This document shows positions 12,032-24,418 of a stretch of DNA of 64,000 nt, piece by piece. The stretch's first letter is position 1; every line of letters starts with the position of its first letter. The stretch is taken from positions 3,974-67,973 of the forward strand of contig CDMY01000485.1 of the NCBI GenBank assembly GCA_001179505.1, read 5' to 3'. The notes under the pieces were generated by a model, which saw only the letters and a list, made by a program, of their open reading frames with translations, was not told where the DNA came from and made no database searches. The translations under genes and the position numbers were made by a program. Origin of the DNA: Vitrella brassicaformis CCMP3155 (taxonomy: Eukaryota > Protista > Chromerida).

Positions 12032-13839
12032 GCTAGCTCAGCCCACACACACACACACACACAGCATCTGTAAACACTGGTTGTGTGTTCTCTTCCCGGA
12101 CACCATCCATCGTCCACACGGCGCACACGGCTTTTCCACACACACACCTATGTGTACGCACATGGCCGTTTTTCCTCTGCGTTATTTATTTTTTCTTTCC
12201 TCTTACTCGGTCGCCGCCGTGGAGTTTGTGTCTGTGTATGTCTGTGTCGGTGGGGTGGGGTGGGGTGGGTGATTTGGTTAGTCGGGGCGAAGAGGGGAGG
12301 GGAGAGGGTGAGGTGAGGGTCACCATACCACCACGGGTAGCGCTGTCTGTGTGAGTCAGTCAGTCCGTGTGTTGGTCTTTCTGTCTGTGTATATTCATTC
12401 TGCTATGAATCAGTCGGTCTGAGTGTGTGTATGTGTGTATAATGGCCCTGGATGGACGGTTGGCTGACTCACTGCTGCAGTATTGGCCGAGGGACGCCAG
12501 CCAGGTGCCTCCCCTCCAGACACACAGCCAGCCACTTGTACGTCTGTCTCTGTGTCTGTGCGCGTGTGTCGCGTGCGTGGCGCCGGCATGGTATGGATTT
12601 CGCCTTCACAGTGAAGGGTCACACTTTTGTCGTGTTAGATGTTGTAAAAGAGCCGAGTCAGCCACACCGCACCACACACAACCAAAAGGAAACGAACGAA
12701 CGATCAAACGTTCGTCACATCCATGTGGCACCCCTGCACCCACTCGAGACAAGGCCTGTAACTCATAGCTAGATGCACAAACATGTAATCCTGTACAGCT
12801 TGACGCGGCCGATAAAGTGAGCACCAGGTTCGAGATGGGACGCCCACCGACACACGAGTGACATCAGAGCAGACATCAACGACACGCAACCATAGCGAAT
12901 CAAATCAACACAAGTTGTGCAGCATCGTGACAGCCGCCTCCCCGTGTCACTCATGTCGCCCCCATGTGTGATGCGTCGCATACCCGAGGGCAAAGCACCA
13001 GCCCATCAGTGCGTCTGACTGGCTGACACTTCGCCATCCGACACGCCACCCACCACCACACACGGCAACACAAAAGAGGGACTGGAGTGGATTCGAGACA
13101 CAGGCAACACAGGCAGACAAGACAGACAGATACAAAGGCCTTTCCTCTCTGTCTCTTTCTCTGCACCTCTGTCTGTGGCCCGTGTTGCTGAACACACTTT
13201 GAGCGAAGCGATCTGGTGCCAGCAAAACTGCCGTAGGACCGTGCAGACTCACATACATCAGTGTAGCCACTCATTCACTCATGCACCCCTCCCACATCCC
13301 ACATATGCACACCAACCTCAGCCCGACGGTCACGTCCACAGCACCCCATCAACCACCACTATCGACACACATGCACACAAACATCAGACGCCGTCGTCAA
13401 GTGGGTTGCCGTCAGCCGTCACTTCCGTCTCAGCTTCAATCACATTGCCGTCAACAACACGGGAGGGAGCCGGCCGCATTCATGTCCTCAGGGCGGATGT
13501 CCTCTCTGTGTCATACCGGCATCCTCCGCTGGAGGGCGAGTGTGCACCTGCGCACCTTGCAGGTCGCTTCAGTGTTTCCGTCGCCGGGAGCACCCTTCTC
13601 TCGTAGGGAGTCTCAGCTGATCCAGCACAACACACAGCGCAGCACACACAATGAGAAAAGGGCAGAGGGCGGACGAATTGAATGCCCACCGACGGACATC
13701 AGCACCACACTGAAGGCGGTGAAATCGCCCATCTCGCACATCTGCAACAAACGAACAGGCAGATCTATCAAGTTTGGACTGCAGGGAATTCCCCTGGGGG
13801 CTCACCCTCTCGTCCCCTTGCCACAAGGTCGCACTCGAT

Positions 13840-13946
13840 GGCACTGCAGAGTGTGGGTGATGAATTCGACGTTCGTCGGGGGGTGTCTGGTCCTACCGAG
13901 CTCCCACCGACGAACGTCGAATTCATGACCCAAACTCTGCAGTGCC
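13840..13946. repeat. Long hairpin / inverted repeat (44-bp arms, 3 mismatches, 19-nt loop)
   Basis: The left arm 13840-13883 GGCACTGCAGAGTGTGGGTGATGAATTCGACGTTCGTCGGGGGG is the reverse complement of 13903-13946 except at 3 positions. Confidence 0.95.
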
Positions 13947-15027
13947 CGATGGCAAGCTCGCAGAGGCCTCCCCCTTCCCCTTCGGAGCTGGAGGCATCCC
14001 AAGCATCAGGTGGTCAGAGAGCCTCAGATCAGCCGACGAAGAAGTAGATCTGAGTGAGATCTTCATCGATGAATGTGTGTGTCCCCTGTGTTGGTCAGGC
14101 CGGCAGGGCACCACCGTCATCCATCCATCCGTCAGCATCAGCGCCAACCAAACAAGCCGCGTAGACCGGCCAGCGACGCACAGGCACGCCATGAGGCTGC
14201 AGCCCGGCCAGAAGAAAGACACTCAGTGGTGTCTTGCTGCGTATTCCTGTCTGTGACTTGAAGAGGCCATGACTGACGGAGTGGTTGACGTGGGCATCTT
14301 CAAGTGCGGCCGCAACGTGCTGGAGGACTTGTCCCGCCCCGGCGAGCACTTCTACGAGCTGAACGCGCTTGTGCCAGACCGCGACAAGGAGCGCATCTAT
14401 CTGCCCATCGACCTCTGCCGCACCAGCGTCAATTAGGGATGAGCCAGTCGCATAGAAAGTCGCCACACGTGTGTCACAATGCTCTGATGTGTGTCCAGCT
14501 TCTACACCAAGGACAGGAATGGCCGCAAGTCACTGCTGCCACGCGGAGTACTGCCCAGCGACAAGTGAGCGGCGTGCAATACACCAGTAGACAAGGCGCA
14601 TTCATCGTTCATTGGGATGGGTGGGGGTCTGCTGATCAGTATGGGTGTGCCCAATGGCAATGGTGCCACACTGCGGCGCCAGGAGGTGTCTTCACCAACC
14701 ACAGCCGGCCAGGGCGGCGGTGATGTGTTTACTCGGTCGCCGTCGGGTGTGTTCTATCAAGTGGTGCAGCATGGCAGTGGGCCCAAACCGACAAGTGACC
14801 AGCGCGTCAGGTACGACTACATGGGGTGGCGTGACGACTTCGACGGACAAGACGCGACAGGGGAGGGCCGTGGGCTGGTGTTATGTGTGTCTGGACAACC
14901 TGAGTGGTGGCAGGAGGTCTTCACTGACATGCGTGTGGGTGAGGTGCGGCGGGTCATCAAGCCGGCCAGACTCAGCTCCACTGGAAAGGAGGTGTACAAA
15001 GAGTATAGGCTGGTGGCCATCCTGTGA
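13942..15027 (+). pseudogene. FKBP-like family member (copy 2) with a divergent non-BTB N-terminus; reading frame could not be joined, possible pseudogene
   Basis: The FKBP-like exon at 14720-15027 is clear and homologous to the other copies. The upstream coding-biased block 14265-14436 (MTDGVVDVGIFKCGRNVLEDL...LVPDRDKERIYLPID) ends in TAG without a phase-compatible GT donor. Confidence 0.5.
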
Positions 15028-15898
15028 GCACTGTCTCCTGGTGTGCTCCGTGTGCGTCTGTGGCGGTGAGGCACCATGCATCCAGCTGTCGTTTCGGATT
15101 TTTGTAGCCAGCTGGTTGGTCGTGTCTATGGCGGTATGGTGTGTGCGCGCCTTGGCTGCTGCGTACATCCACAAAAAACATCCATAATCCATGCATCAGT
15201 GCATTGGCTGTGGTGTAGTCGCTTTATCTTTTGGCGACCGATGGAGGTGCCGCTACAATGACTGAGAAGCCGGCTGGTTCGGTCATCCAGCAGTACTGTC
15301 TACCTGTCAGTGAGTTTCCGTTTATTGAGTGCATGTGTGCATAGTGGGGAGATGCATGGCGAGGATTTTGATGATTTCAATCAATCGATGAACGGGTGCG
15401 TCACACCACACACTGACGAGTCAGCCAGCCGAAGACCATACATGCATCGTGACAGCTGGACATCCGGTGAGTCAGAGTCACTCTGAGAGCCGTGCGCTGG
15501 CGTTCATGTGGGGTGGTGGGCAGAGTGGTGCGCAGAGCAATGTCTGTAGGTGTTCTGGCCTGGCCAGCTAGACACAGCTGGCTGCTTTTTCTTGACAAAC
15601 CTCTCTGTGTTGTTAACTGACTGGGTTCAGCATCTCATGGGTGCACACGTAGACGGTACTATTATATGTCAGATCAGCGTGATTAATACGAACATCAGCT
15701 CACCAAGTCTCTATATTCGCGTGAGACCCAATATATAACATTAACACAGCATGACGAATAAAAGGGGAATCAGACGTCCATGCAGAAGAGAAGGCCACGC
15801 AGCACGCACACGAGAATGACAACGGAGACACCGTCCCGCAGCAGGTGGCCATGAGAAAACTCATGTGTGCCAAAAAATGACAGGCCCCCGACATACAC

Positions 15899-17528
15899 TC
15901 ACAGGATGGCCTTGAGACTATACTCGCGGTATGCCCCCCCCCAAAAGGCTAGTGTGGCCGGCAGGATGACCCGCCGCACCTCCCCCACACGCATGTCAGT
16001 GAAGACCTCCTGCCACCACTTCTCCCGATCAGACACACGACCCTCCCACCCACGATTCTCGCCTTTCTTGTCTCGTCCGTCAAAGTCGTCACGCCAGTGG
16101 ATGTAGTCGTACCAGACGCACTGGTTGCGTGTCGGTTTGGGCCCACTGCCCTGCTGCACCACTCGGAAGTGCGCACCAGACGGCAACCGAATGAACACAT
16201 CACCGCCGCTGCCCTGGCCATGCGGAGAGCTGCGAAGAGGAAGAGAGGGAGCCAATCATAACGTCGCCGATCACTTCTCCCTTCCGTCTCACCTGTGCGT
16301 GTCGATGCCGTACATGGCGGCCGTCTTGTTGAAGGACTCCTGCTTGGCCACGCCGTCCAGCTGGAGTGGCGCCTTGACACCCTCACCAATCAGCAGCTGT
16401 GTGTCGGTGAGTGAGGCAGCGTGTCGTTTGCGGCGGTAGTAGTCCACCAGACGGCGGACGTGGTCGACAGGCACATCCTCAACGGGAGACGGCCACCTGA
16501 TCGACGACAACACACATACCATATGCCCGTGTTGTTGTGTGCTCTCCTGATGCTCACATATCGAATCGGTTGCGCAGCCCGATGTCGCCCATCTGGTCTA
16601 GAGTGTACTGCACCGTCGAGACGAACATTCCGCACACATCGACCGACCGGATGGGATCGCCGCCACTCAGAGGCGCCAGGAAGGGCGTGACGGCCTGATG
16701 TGCAGACCAACAGACAGACAGACAGACGCACTCATGGACAGCCTGCAGTGCTTCGGTTGTCCTGATTTCTCTTACTCACCTTGATTTCGATCATCGCCTG
16801 GTCGTATACCGCCTTCTTGGCCGCCCGGTCCCTGTCGAGCTCCTTCTTCTTTGCTGTGAAGGTCTTGATGAACTTCTCCACCTCGGCCACGACCCCTCTC
16901 AGTTCTGGCAGCACCCCCTGTGACGGCAGGGTCGGCTCTTTGGAGTTCTTTGGTGTGGCTGCAGATGCGTCAGTGGGCGACTTGTCGATGGGCGACAGGA
17001 GCAGTGCCGTCCAAAAGTCATGAAGACCTGGGCGCAATACACACACACACACATACACACACATACACACACAAATGCAGGAGACCATGAGTGGTTGCTT
17101 CGCGCTTCATGACCTTGATAGTTGCGCTTCTTCGCATCGTCCACCAGGTGGTCAACCGAGTCCTCCCCGCCCAGCAGGTCCTCGAGCATCGCCTCAAACG
17201 CACGCGGACACACATCGATGAAGATGCGGTTGTCTGCATCACGACCCAGCCGCCCATCCCATCGGCCACCGAGCAGCACCGCCAGCAGGGAGCCCTTGCT
17301 GCTCGTCAGGTGCTTCCGACGAACACAGCACACACTCCCGCCGACGTTGAGCAGCAGCAGGTCATCACCAGAGGCCGCCGAGCCGTCAGACGCGCCGTGG
17401 TCGCTCAGCAGCCTGCCGACGTTGTAAGTCGATGCGATCTCTGCGCGCTCTGCCTCGAGGCTCTCCATTGGGCCGAGGATCTGCCTGTCCAGTCGGCAGA
17501 GGGCCTCATGGCGAGTGAAGGGCTCCAT
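15899..17528 (-). CDS. BTB - coiled coil - BTB-like - FKBP-like protein, copy 3 (divergent, apparently intact)
   Basis: LLLLNVGGSVCCVRRKHLTSSKGSLLAVLLGGRWDGRL...IFIDVCPRAF, then LHDFW, AVTPFLAPLSGGDPIRSV, WPSPVEDVPVDHVRRLVDYYRRKR and an FKBP-like exon ending AIL*. Exon positions match the other copies. Confidence 0.85.
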
Positions 17529-17821
17529 GACAGCAGACCTGACGACAAACGGCAGATGAATGAATTCATCAGATCTTCCTGATCACAGTCTCTGTATGTC
17601 ACTCCTCAGCTCTCCTCTTACCTCTTTCTTCTGCTTTCAATGGAGTTTTCACAACGGCAGCTGGAGTTTTCACAATCCTTGCGGGCTTTGATAGTGCTTT
17701 GATTTCTTTCGAAGCAAAGCTCGGCGTCGAGGGCGTCACACAAGTGAGGCAGGAGCGAGACAGCAATCAAAATCGAGCCAGATCTATCATGCTTGTGTGG
17801 TTCACAGGCACATCTGTGACG

Positions 17822-19421
17822 ATGGATGGCGATTTCAGCGTGCCGGCGATGCAGCTTCAGCTGCAGGGGCCATTGACGGCCATCAGCGACGCCATCGGCA
17901 ACCCGCATGGGCAGATCCGCCAAGCCGACGACGACGCCCATCGAGAGAGGCAGAAACACGGCGCCTCCGACCCGTCAAGCGCATCGCCCGATGACGAGCT
18001 GATGTTGAGTGTGGGCGGCGTCGAGTGGCATGTGAGCCGCAAGCACCTGACGGAGGGCGACGGCGTGGAGGGCACTCTGCTGGCGGCGCTGTTCTCGGGC
18101 TGCTGGGACGGCCGGCTGAGGAAGGACGACAAGCAGAGAGTGTTCGTGGACGTTTGCCCAGAGGCCTTCAAGGCCATCCACAAGGCCATCCTCGACGCCG
18201 TCACCCTTCGCAGTGCGGGCAAGACGGTGTCGGTCGGTCACCTGCTGGGTGAGGCCACCAAGCGGGACTACAGAGGTGAGCAGAGGCACAGAGGTCAGCT
18301 ACGCTTCTATTGGGCTGTGTGATGAAGGTTCGCATGACTTCTGGGTCAAGCTGCTGCTGTCGCCGCTCGACAAAGCGGCCTCAGACGCCCCTCCAAGGGC
18401 CGATGGCGAGCCCTCCATATCGGCCACTGACAGCCCCGCCGAGAGTGACGACACTGTCAAGACGGTGGAAGCCATAGTCAAGGCGTTCGCCGCTGAGAGA
18501 GCCCGGCTGAAGGGGCTGCTGGCGTCCGCGAGGCGACGATACACAAACCTCGACAACGAGATCAAGGTGACACACACGATGGGACGAGAGGAGCTACTCA
18601 TCTGGTGCGCCCTGTTTGTGTGTCTGTGTGCGACCAGGCCGTCACGCCATTCCTGGCACCTCTGAGTGGCGAGGATCCCATTCGGTCAGTGAGGGTCTGC
18701 GGCCACGCCATCGCCACCACACAGTCCACCGTCGACGAAATGAACGACAAGCTCAAACATCGCTTCGACATGTCAGCCACACACGGACAGCCTGACAATG
18801 ACAGAGATGCACACCGATGGCTGCCCGTGTGTGTGTGTGTGTAGGTGGCCGCGGCCCGTCGAGGTGGTGCAGCCCGACCACATCGGCCATATGGTCGACC
18901 ACTACCGCCGCAAACGGCTCGGCGCGTCGGCGGCCGACATGGCTGCGTCGCTGACGATGGCCAGTGCGACAGAACAGGCAGCCTTGAACATCAACGCGGC
19001 CATGTACGGCGTCGAGACAGACATAGTCATCTCAGACACCAGGTGGACAGATCGAGGGCAGCAACAGGCCGGGCTGGTGTCGCCATCTGTCGTCTTGTTT
19101 GCCTTTGAAGTGGCGATGTCTTCACGCAGATGCCGTCTAGAGTGCGGTACAAGATCGTGCAGCAAGGGGGCGGACCCAAACCGACACGTGACCAGAGGAT
19201 CAAAGTACGACTGGCTTCAGTGGCGTGATGACTTCGACGGACAAGACAAGAAATGCGAGGACCGTGGGCGGGAGTATCTTGTGTCTGGGTTTGATTATTG
19301 GGCCCAAAAGGTCCTCACTGACATGCGTGTGGGGGAGGTGCGGCGGGTCATCGTGCCGGCCGGAGTGAGTTACAGCAGAAAGGAGCTGTACATGGAGTAT
19401 AGTCTCTTGGCCATTCTGTGA
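17822..19421 (+). pseudogene. BTB-FKBP-like copy 4 with a +1 frameshift in the FKBP-like exon
   Basis: Exon series matches the other copies. At about 19200 it reads AGGATCAAAGTAC where copy 1 reads AGGATCAAGTAC, giving a premature TGA near 19226. This could also be a consensus error. Confidence 0.75.
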
Positions 19422-19850
19422 GCACTGCCTCCTAGTGCGTCATTGGAAAGAAGGCCATCCTGTGAGTGTTCGTCGGGGACGGGCGGTCAGTGCCGTGTAC
19501 GTGTGGCGGTGTGTCCCTTTGTACGTTTTTTGCATGCTTACGGGGGCTGCTAAGTGATGTGTGTTGGGTACCTTTGGCGCGAAGGGTATTTCTCTGTGTG
19601 CCTGATGTGTGTGGCGAGCAAGTGATGAGACCTGTTTTATTGCAAGCGCACGATGACCGGTGCAGATGCCTTTTATCCAATGGTGTGTGGTGTGACAAAC
19701 CATCACGGATGCCAACACGCTTGACTGAGATCGTGACCCCCACCGCATCAGACCCAGAGAGCAAGACAGATGCAAACACATACGTCAAGGACACACAGCG
19801 ACCGACTTGTGACTGGTCGACCCAGCAGTCCATGCCAACGAACTCAACCC

Positions 19851-22313
19851 TCACTCTTCACTGCAATCTTCAAAGGCTACGCGCTGCCCCTCGGCATCGC
19901 GAGACCTCGCCTCCACACACAGGTCCTTGAGTCGTCTAGCGGCTTTCTCGGCCTCATCCCAGCCGACTTCCTCCACGGGATCTCGGTTGGCCTGGTGCTC
20001 CGTGGTGATAGTGGCGAGGGCTCCGTCAAGCGTTTTCTCTACGCCGGCGCGCTTCGTGAGGATCTCCTGCGTGGATTGGTTGCACTTGGGGCTCATGAAT
20101 GCCAGATGGCTGAGCACTAGTGCCACAAACCTGCACAGAGACAGACAGACACACAGACAGACAGACAGACAGACAGACAAGCAGGCAGAGACATGCGATC
20201 GTGCACACAGCTTTTCGCGTCTCACTTTATGAGGCCTGTGTGTGTGGGATGCTCCTCCATGGCCGAGATCAATAGCTCTATACCCTGTCAGTGTCTCAAG
20301 CAGGGATAAGTAAGGCTACCTACTGCATGCCTCTCATTCCTGACCTCACCTCATTCTCGATGATTTTGTGGTGACCAAGATCGACCCTGATGCACAAACT
20401 GCGTGCACACAGAGACACGACCCCACAATAATATGATGCGCCTCGAGGGCGGCATAAGGGATGAGTGGCCGTGTTGTCCGTCTGTCTGCCTCAAGGTGAG
20501 TCTACCTACCAGTATAAGAGTTGGGCGACTGCGTTGCACACCTTGCCGTCCTCGACAAATCTCCTCAGCCCAGTGAGGACCCTGACCAGCCCGTCGTCCT
20601 TCAGCAGCTTGGCACGCAGAGTCGAATCATTGGCCGAGATGGCTGCAATCGCATGGCAGCCCAACCCAAAGACGTCCTTGTCGTTCTGATGCACACGCAT
20701 GGCCTCCATTATGTGACCTATCAGTCAAGGGTGAGACAGGAAAGAAACTCAGTGTGATTGGGTGCAATTGATCAGGCAGGCGCAACATGTACGTCTCGTT
20801 ACCGAGAGCCAGCTTGTTGTCGAGGCTCTGGACGCCGTCCTCCTCAAGCCCGATGATGGACAGCAGCTTTGACAAGCTCTGTTGGACCTTCGGGTCATGC
20901 TTGTGGAACCCCACTAGCTCCAGCATGAAGCTCAGATCTTTTCGAAAACTCACTCGGGTCACGTGCCGGCGATTCGCCCTACTCTTGAAGCACATTCTGA
21001 GCCGACGGACAGACAGACAGACAGACGTGACCTCCTGTCTGTCTAACTGATGCCATGCTCACGTACTTGGCGATCGCAAGTAGGCATAGATGGACCACTC
21101 GACCGCTCACCACACCATATTTTCGCGCCACTTCAGCGATTGCGGGAAAACACACGCCCAGCTCTGGTCATAGAGAGCACAAGACATGATGTTAGCAAAC
21201 AGGCGTCTTCGTGAGACGCCTCGCACCTTCAGCTTTTGGGCCATTCGTCGAGGCCTCGATGATCTTCTTGAGAGCCGACTCAATGATGGGAAAGTCTCGG
21301 TCAAGGTCTCCTGTGTGGCAGAGACGTTCATGCAGAGGAAAGCATTTGTGTGTCTCTCTTTTGCTGCTGGTCGGTACCTGTGAGGCTTCTGAGGTTGGCC
21401 ATGATTGCGTTTGGCAGTTGGATGTTGTCAATGTCCATCTCATCTAGCTTGGATGCTGTAGCGCAAGCCGCTCTAACATGCGACTGTTCCTGACAGACCA
21501 CCGTAGGCAGGCAACAAGGGGCAGAGCATCGCAAATGAGACACATCCTCTACATCGATCGATCAATCGCTTCCAAGACTGCCTGAATCACCACATTGGCG
21601 CTGCGATGACCCATTGTGGTTGATGAGCTCGCCTCCTGACGCTTCAAAGTTGTACCGTTGCTGTGATAGAACAGACGCAGGTGACAGAGTGTGAGCACAT
21701 GTACTCTCTCTCTCTCTCCAACTCACCTATGGGTATCTGCAAAAACGATGATCTTGTCTTTCGCAGAGGCCGGCAGGGAGCGCAGTTCGCCGTCTACTAC
21801 TGTGGCATATCCTCCATGGCCGTCAGCATACACTGGGCAGCCGTCCAGCAGACCAACCGCCCGAGACCGCCTGTCGGGCTCCTGCACAAAACAAACACAC
21901 AACCATGGTTCGTTGACCTGTCTTCCCCTCTGTATCGGTGTGTGGTCAGTCACCTCTGCCAGACAGCCTCCCGACGGCATCCTTGCGTCCGAGAGGCTCT
22001 CGGTGTCAACGGGCGGCCGGCCCGGCCCGCCACTGCCCCGATGGACGATTCGCTGCATCCCGCCAACCAATCAGAAAGTGAGACCTGCACGCACCGCAGG
22101 ATGACACGACATCCCACATGAATCAGATTCAGAGCGGTGCCGTGCCTGTGTCTGATCTGAATCATCTGACCGTCTGTCGGTGGGCCGTGTGCGGGATCTG
22201 GTGGTTTCAGAGGAGGGGGCCTGCATGAAATACACACAGATATGAAAGGACCTCGTCGGATCAGCGGTTGCCGTCACCCTTTGCCCACCTGTTCTTCCCT
22301 CGGCAGGTTTCAC
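19851..22313 (-). CDS. Armadillo/HEAT-like helical repeat protein, multi-exon
   Basis: Exons join in frame with ARM-like repeats: ELGVCFPAIAEVARKY, FMLELVGFHKHDPKVQQSLSKLL, IMEAMRVHQNDKDVFGLGCHAIAAIS, GLVRVLTGLRRFVEDGKVC and GIELLISAMEEHP. Stop at 19851. The 5' exons and start are uncertain. Confidence 0.6.
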
Positions 22314-22471
22314 CTGCGAGCTGAGACGCCCACTGGCGGCGAGCTGAGAAAAACTCTCTCCAAAAGCACCAGATCATCCGAGGCACTGAAAGGTACGAGA
22401 GAAATGCACACACTCATGAGACTTATCAACTGCTGTGTTTGTTGTATTGTGTCAGATCTCCCCGCTCTGGC

Positions 22472-23584
22472 ATGTACAGCGACGTCAGGAAGCTGGTGGC
22501 CGACGCCCAAGCCGCCATCGGCCATCAAACCGAGGTGCCAGGCAGCGACGCCAGTGCGGCCTCCAAGCTGGTGCTCTTTCACTCGCCGACGTCGGTCTGC
22601 AGTGAGAAGTGTCGCACGGTGCTCTTCGAGCTCAACCTGCCCTTCACTTCCCACGCAGTCAACATCCTGGCTCACGACAACTATCACCCAGCGTATGTGG
22701 CCCTGCGTGTGGCGGCTTGGCAGCAGAGTGGCCTTCCCATGGCCGGCGAGAGCGACTATGAGTGGACGGGCAGCAGCAGCGTGGCGGCCAACGGCGTGGA
22801 CTGCTGCGTGGTGCCCACCTTAGTGGATATGAGGGGCGACGGCGAACCCAAGATCGTCATCGACTCATCGGCCATCTGCGAGCACCTGATGGCCGGCACC
22901 GGCCTCCTGCCGGCCGACCCACACAAGGCGGCGATTATAGAGAAGCACATCAAGCTGGTGGACGAAGTGCCCCACCCCGCGCTGCTGTATGAAGGCAATT
23001 CCGTGCACGACAACCGCCCCTGGTTCGCCAAGGTCATGATCGGCAAGGCACACTCCGGGCAGATCGCCGCACTCAAGAAGCGCCTCGCCGAGAAGGGCAA
23101 GACATGGGATGACCCACTGCTGGAAAGGGCCTACAAGGCCAAGGTCAACAAGACCAAGAAGGGGCTGGCCGCGCCGTCCAAGCCGACATACCTCACAGCA
23201 GCTGTGGACAAGACGATGAGTGTGCTCAAGGAGCTGGAAGCCGACCTGGCGGCACACGACGCAGATGGCGGCAGCAGCTATGTCTCCGGCGACAGCATCA
23301 CTGCGGCAGATCTGTTCCAAGCCGTCAATCTGCACCGCCTGCTGCTGCTGGGCAACAGCTGGATGTGGCAGGACCTGCCCCATGTGGCAGCATTCGCCGA
23401 CCGGATGCTGTCGCGGCCGTCGATCCAGAAGGCCGTGATCACCTACCCCGGCATGATCCCCTCACGGCCGACAGCCGACCTCATCACGAAGGATCAAGGC
23501 TTCATCGCTGGCTTCATCCACGGCAGACGCGTCGATTTCCTCAACAGCCTCGTGTTTGTCATGCGACTTATCGGCATGGCTTAA
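22472..23584 (+). CDS. Glutathione S-transferase, LinD (2,5-dichlorohydroquinone reductive dechlorinase)-like; CDS has no introns
   Basis: A single 370-aa ORF with a GST-N fold (LFHSPTSVCSEKCRTVL...VVPTLVD...IDSSAICEHL) and GST-C (ADLFQAVNLHRL...PHVAAFADRMLSRPS). The upstream intron at about 22393-22456 appears to lie in the 5' UTR. Confidence 0.9.
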   Translation: MYSDVRKLVADAQAAIGHQTEVPGSDASAASKLVLFHSPTSVCSEKCRTVLFELNLPFTSHAVNILAHDNYHPAYVALRVAAWQQSGLPMAGESDYEWTGSSSVAANGVDCCVVPTLVDMRGDGEPKIVIDSSAICEHLMAGTGLLPADPHKAAIIEKHIKLVDEVPHPALLYEGNSVHDNRPWFAKVMIGKAHSGQIAALKKRLAEKGKTWDDPLLERAYKAKVNKTKKGLAAPSKPTYLTAAVDKTMSVLKELEADLAAHDADGGSSYVSGDSITAADLFQAVNLHRLLLLGNSWMWQDLPHVAAFADRMLSRPSIQKAVITYPGMIPSRPTADLITKDQGFIAGFIHGRRVDFLNSLVFVMRLIGMA

Positions 23585-24418
23585 GATGGGGTCTGCCCTC
23601 CTTTGGCATCACGTGCACGAGCTCCGAGAGGGTGCTCTGTAGGTGATTGACAGGGCGGAGGTGCGTTGTGGATGTATGTATGTGTGTGGAGTGAGGGAGA
23701 TTTACTGTGTTTTGCTGTCTCTCAGTGGCTCATCCGATCGACGAAGGGCAAAGGAGTGCTCTTGCTGCATGCAGAAGCCAGCACATAGATGCCTGGCTGG
23801 CGTGGAGGATTGTCTGCCTGTCTGACTGTACGACGCGGTTTTTGTAGATGGAAGGGCAGTCATTTGGAGTCAGTTTGGATGTGTGAGGGCTCTGCCGCTT
23901 GCTTGAGAGTGTGTGTGGCGACACTTTCTGATTCCGTCGACACACTTGTCTGCCGTAAACAATCCTTCCGACCAGCAGCAGGTTTATGACTATGAATATG
24001 AATGGCGCCGAAAAGGTGCTCTGTGATTGACTAGGTCGTGTGTGAAGGCGGCAAGGGATGTGGTGTGTTAGGGTGTGAAGTTGACTCCGAACAGTCAATG
24101 TACATCGTATGTGTTTGCATCTGTCTTGCTCTCTGGGTCTGATGCGGTGGGGCTGACGCTCTCAGTCAAGTGTCCATCCATCAATGGTTTCTCCCACCAC
24201 ACACCATTGGATAAAAGGCATCTGCACCGGTCATCGTGCGCTTGCAATAAAACAGGTCTCATCACTTGCTCGCCACACATCTCAGGCACACAGAGAAATG
24301 CCCTTCACGCCAAAGGTACCCAACACACATCACTAAGCAGTCCGTCAGCATGCAAAAACGTACGAAGGGACACACCGCCACACGCACACGGCACTGACCG
24401 CCCGTCCCCGACGAACAC

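Noticed and set aside
12400-13690. Possible minus-strand gene fragments
   Set aside because: Some splice-like signals are present, but no consistent multi-exon reading frame could be built.
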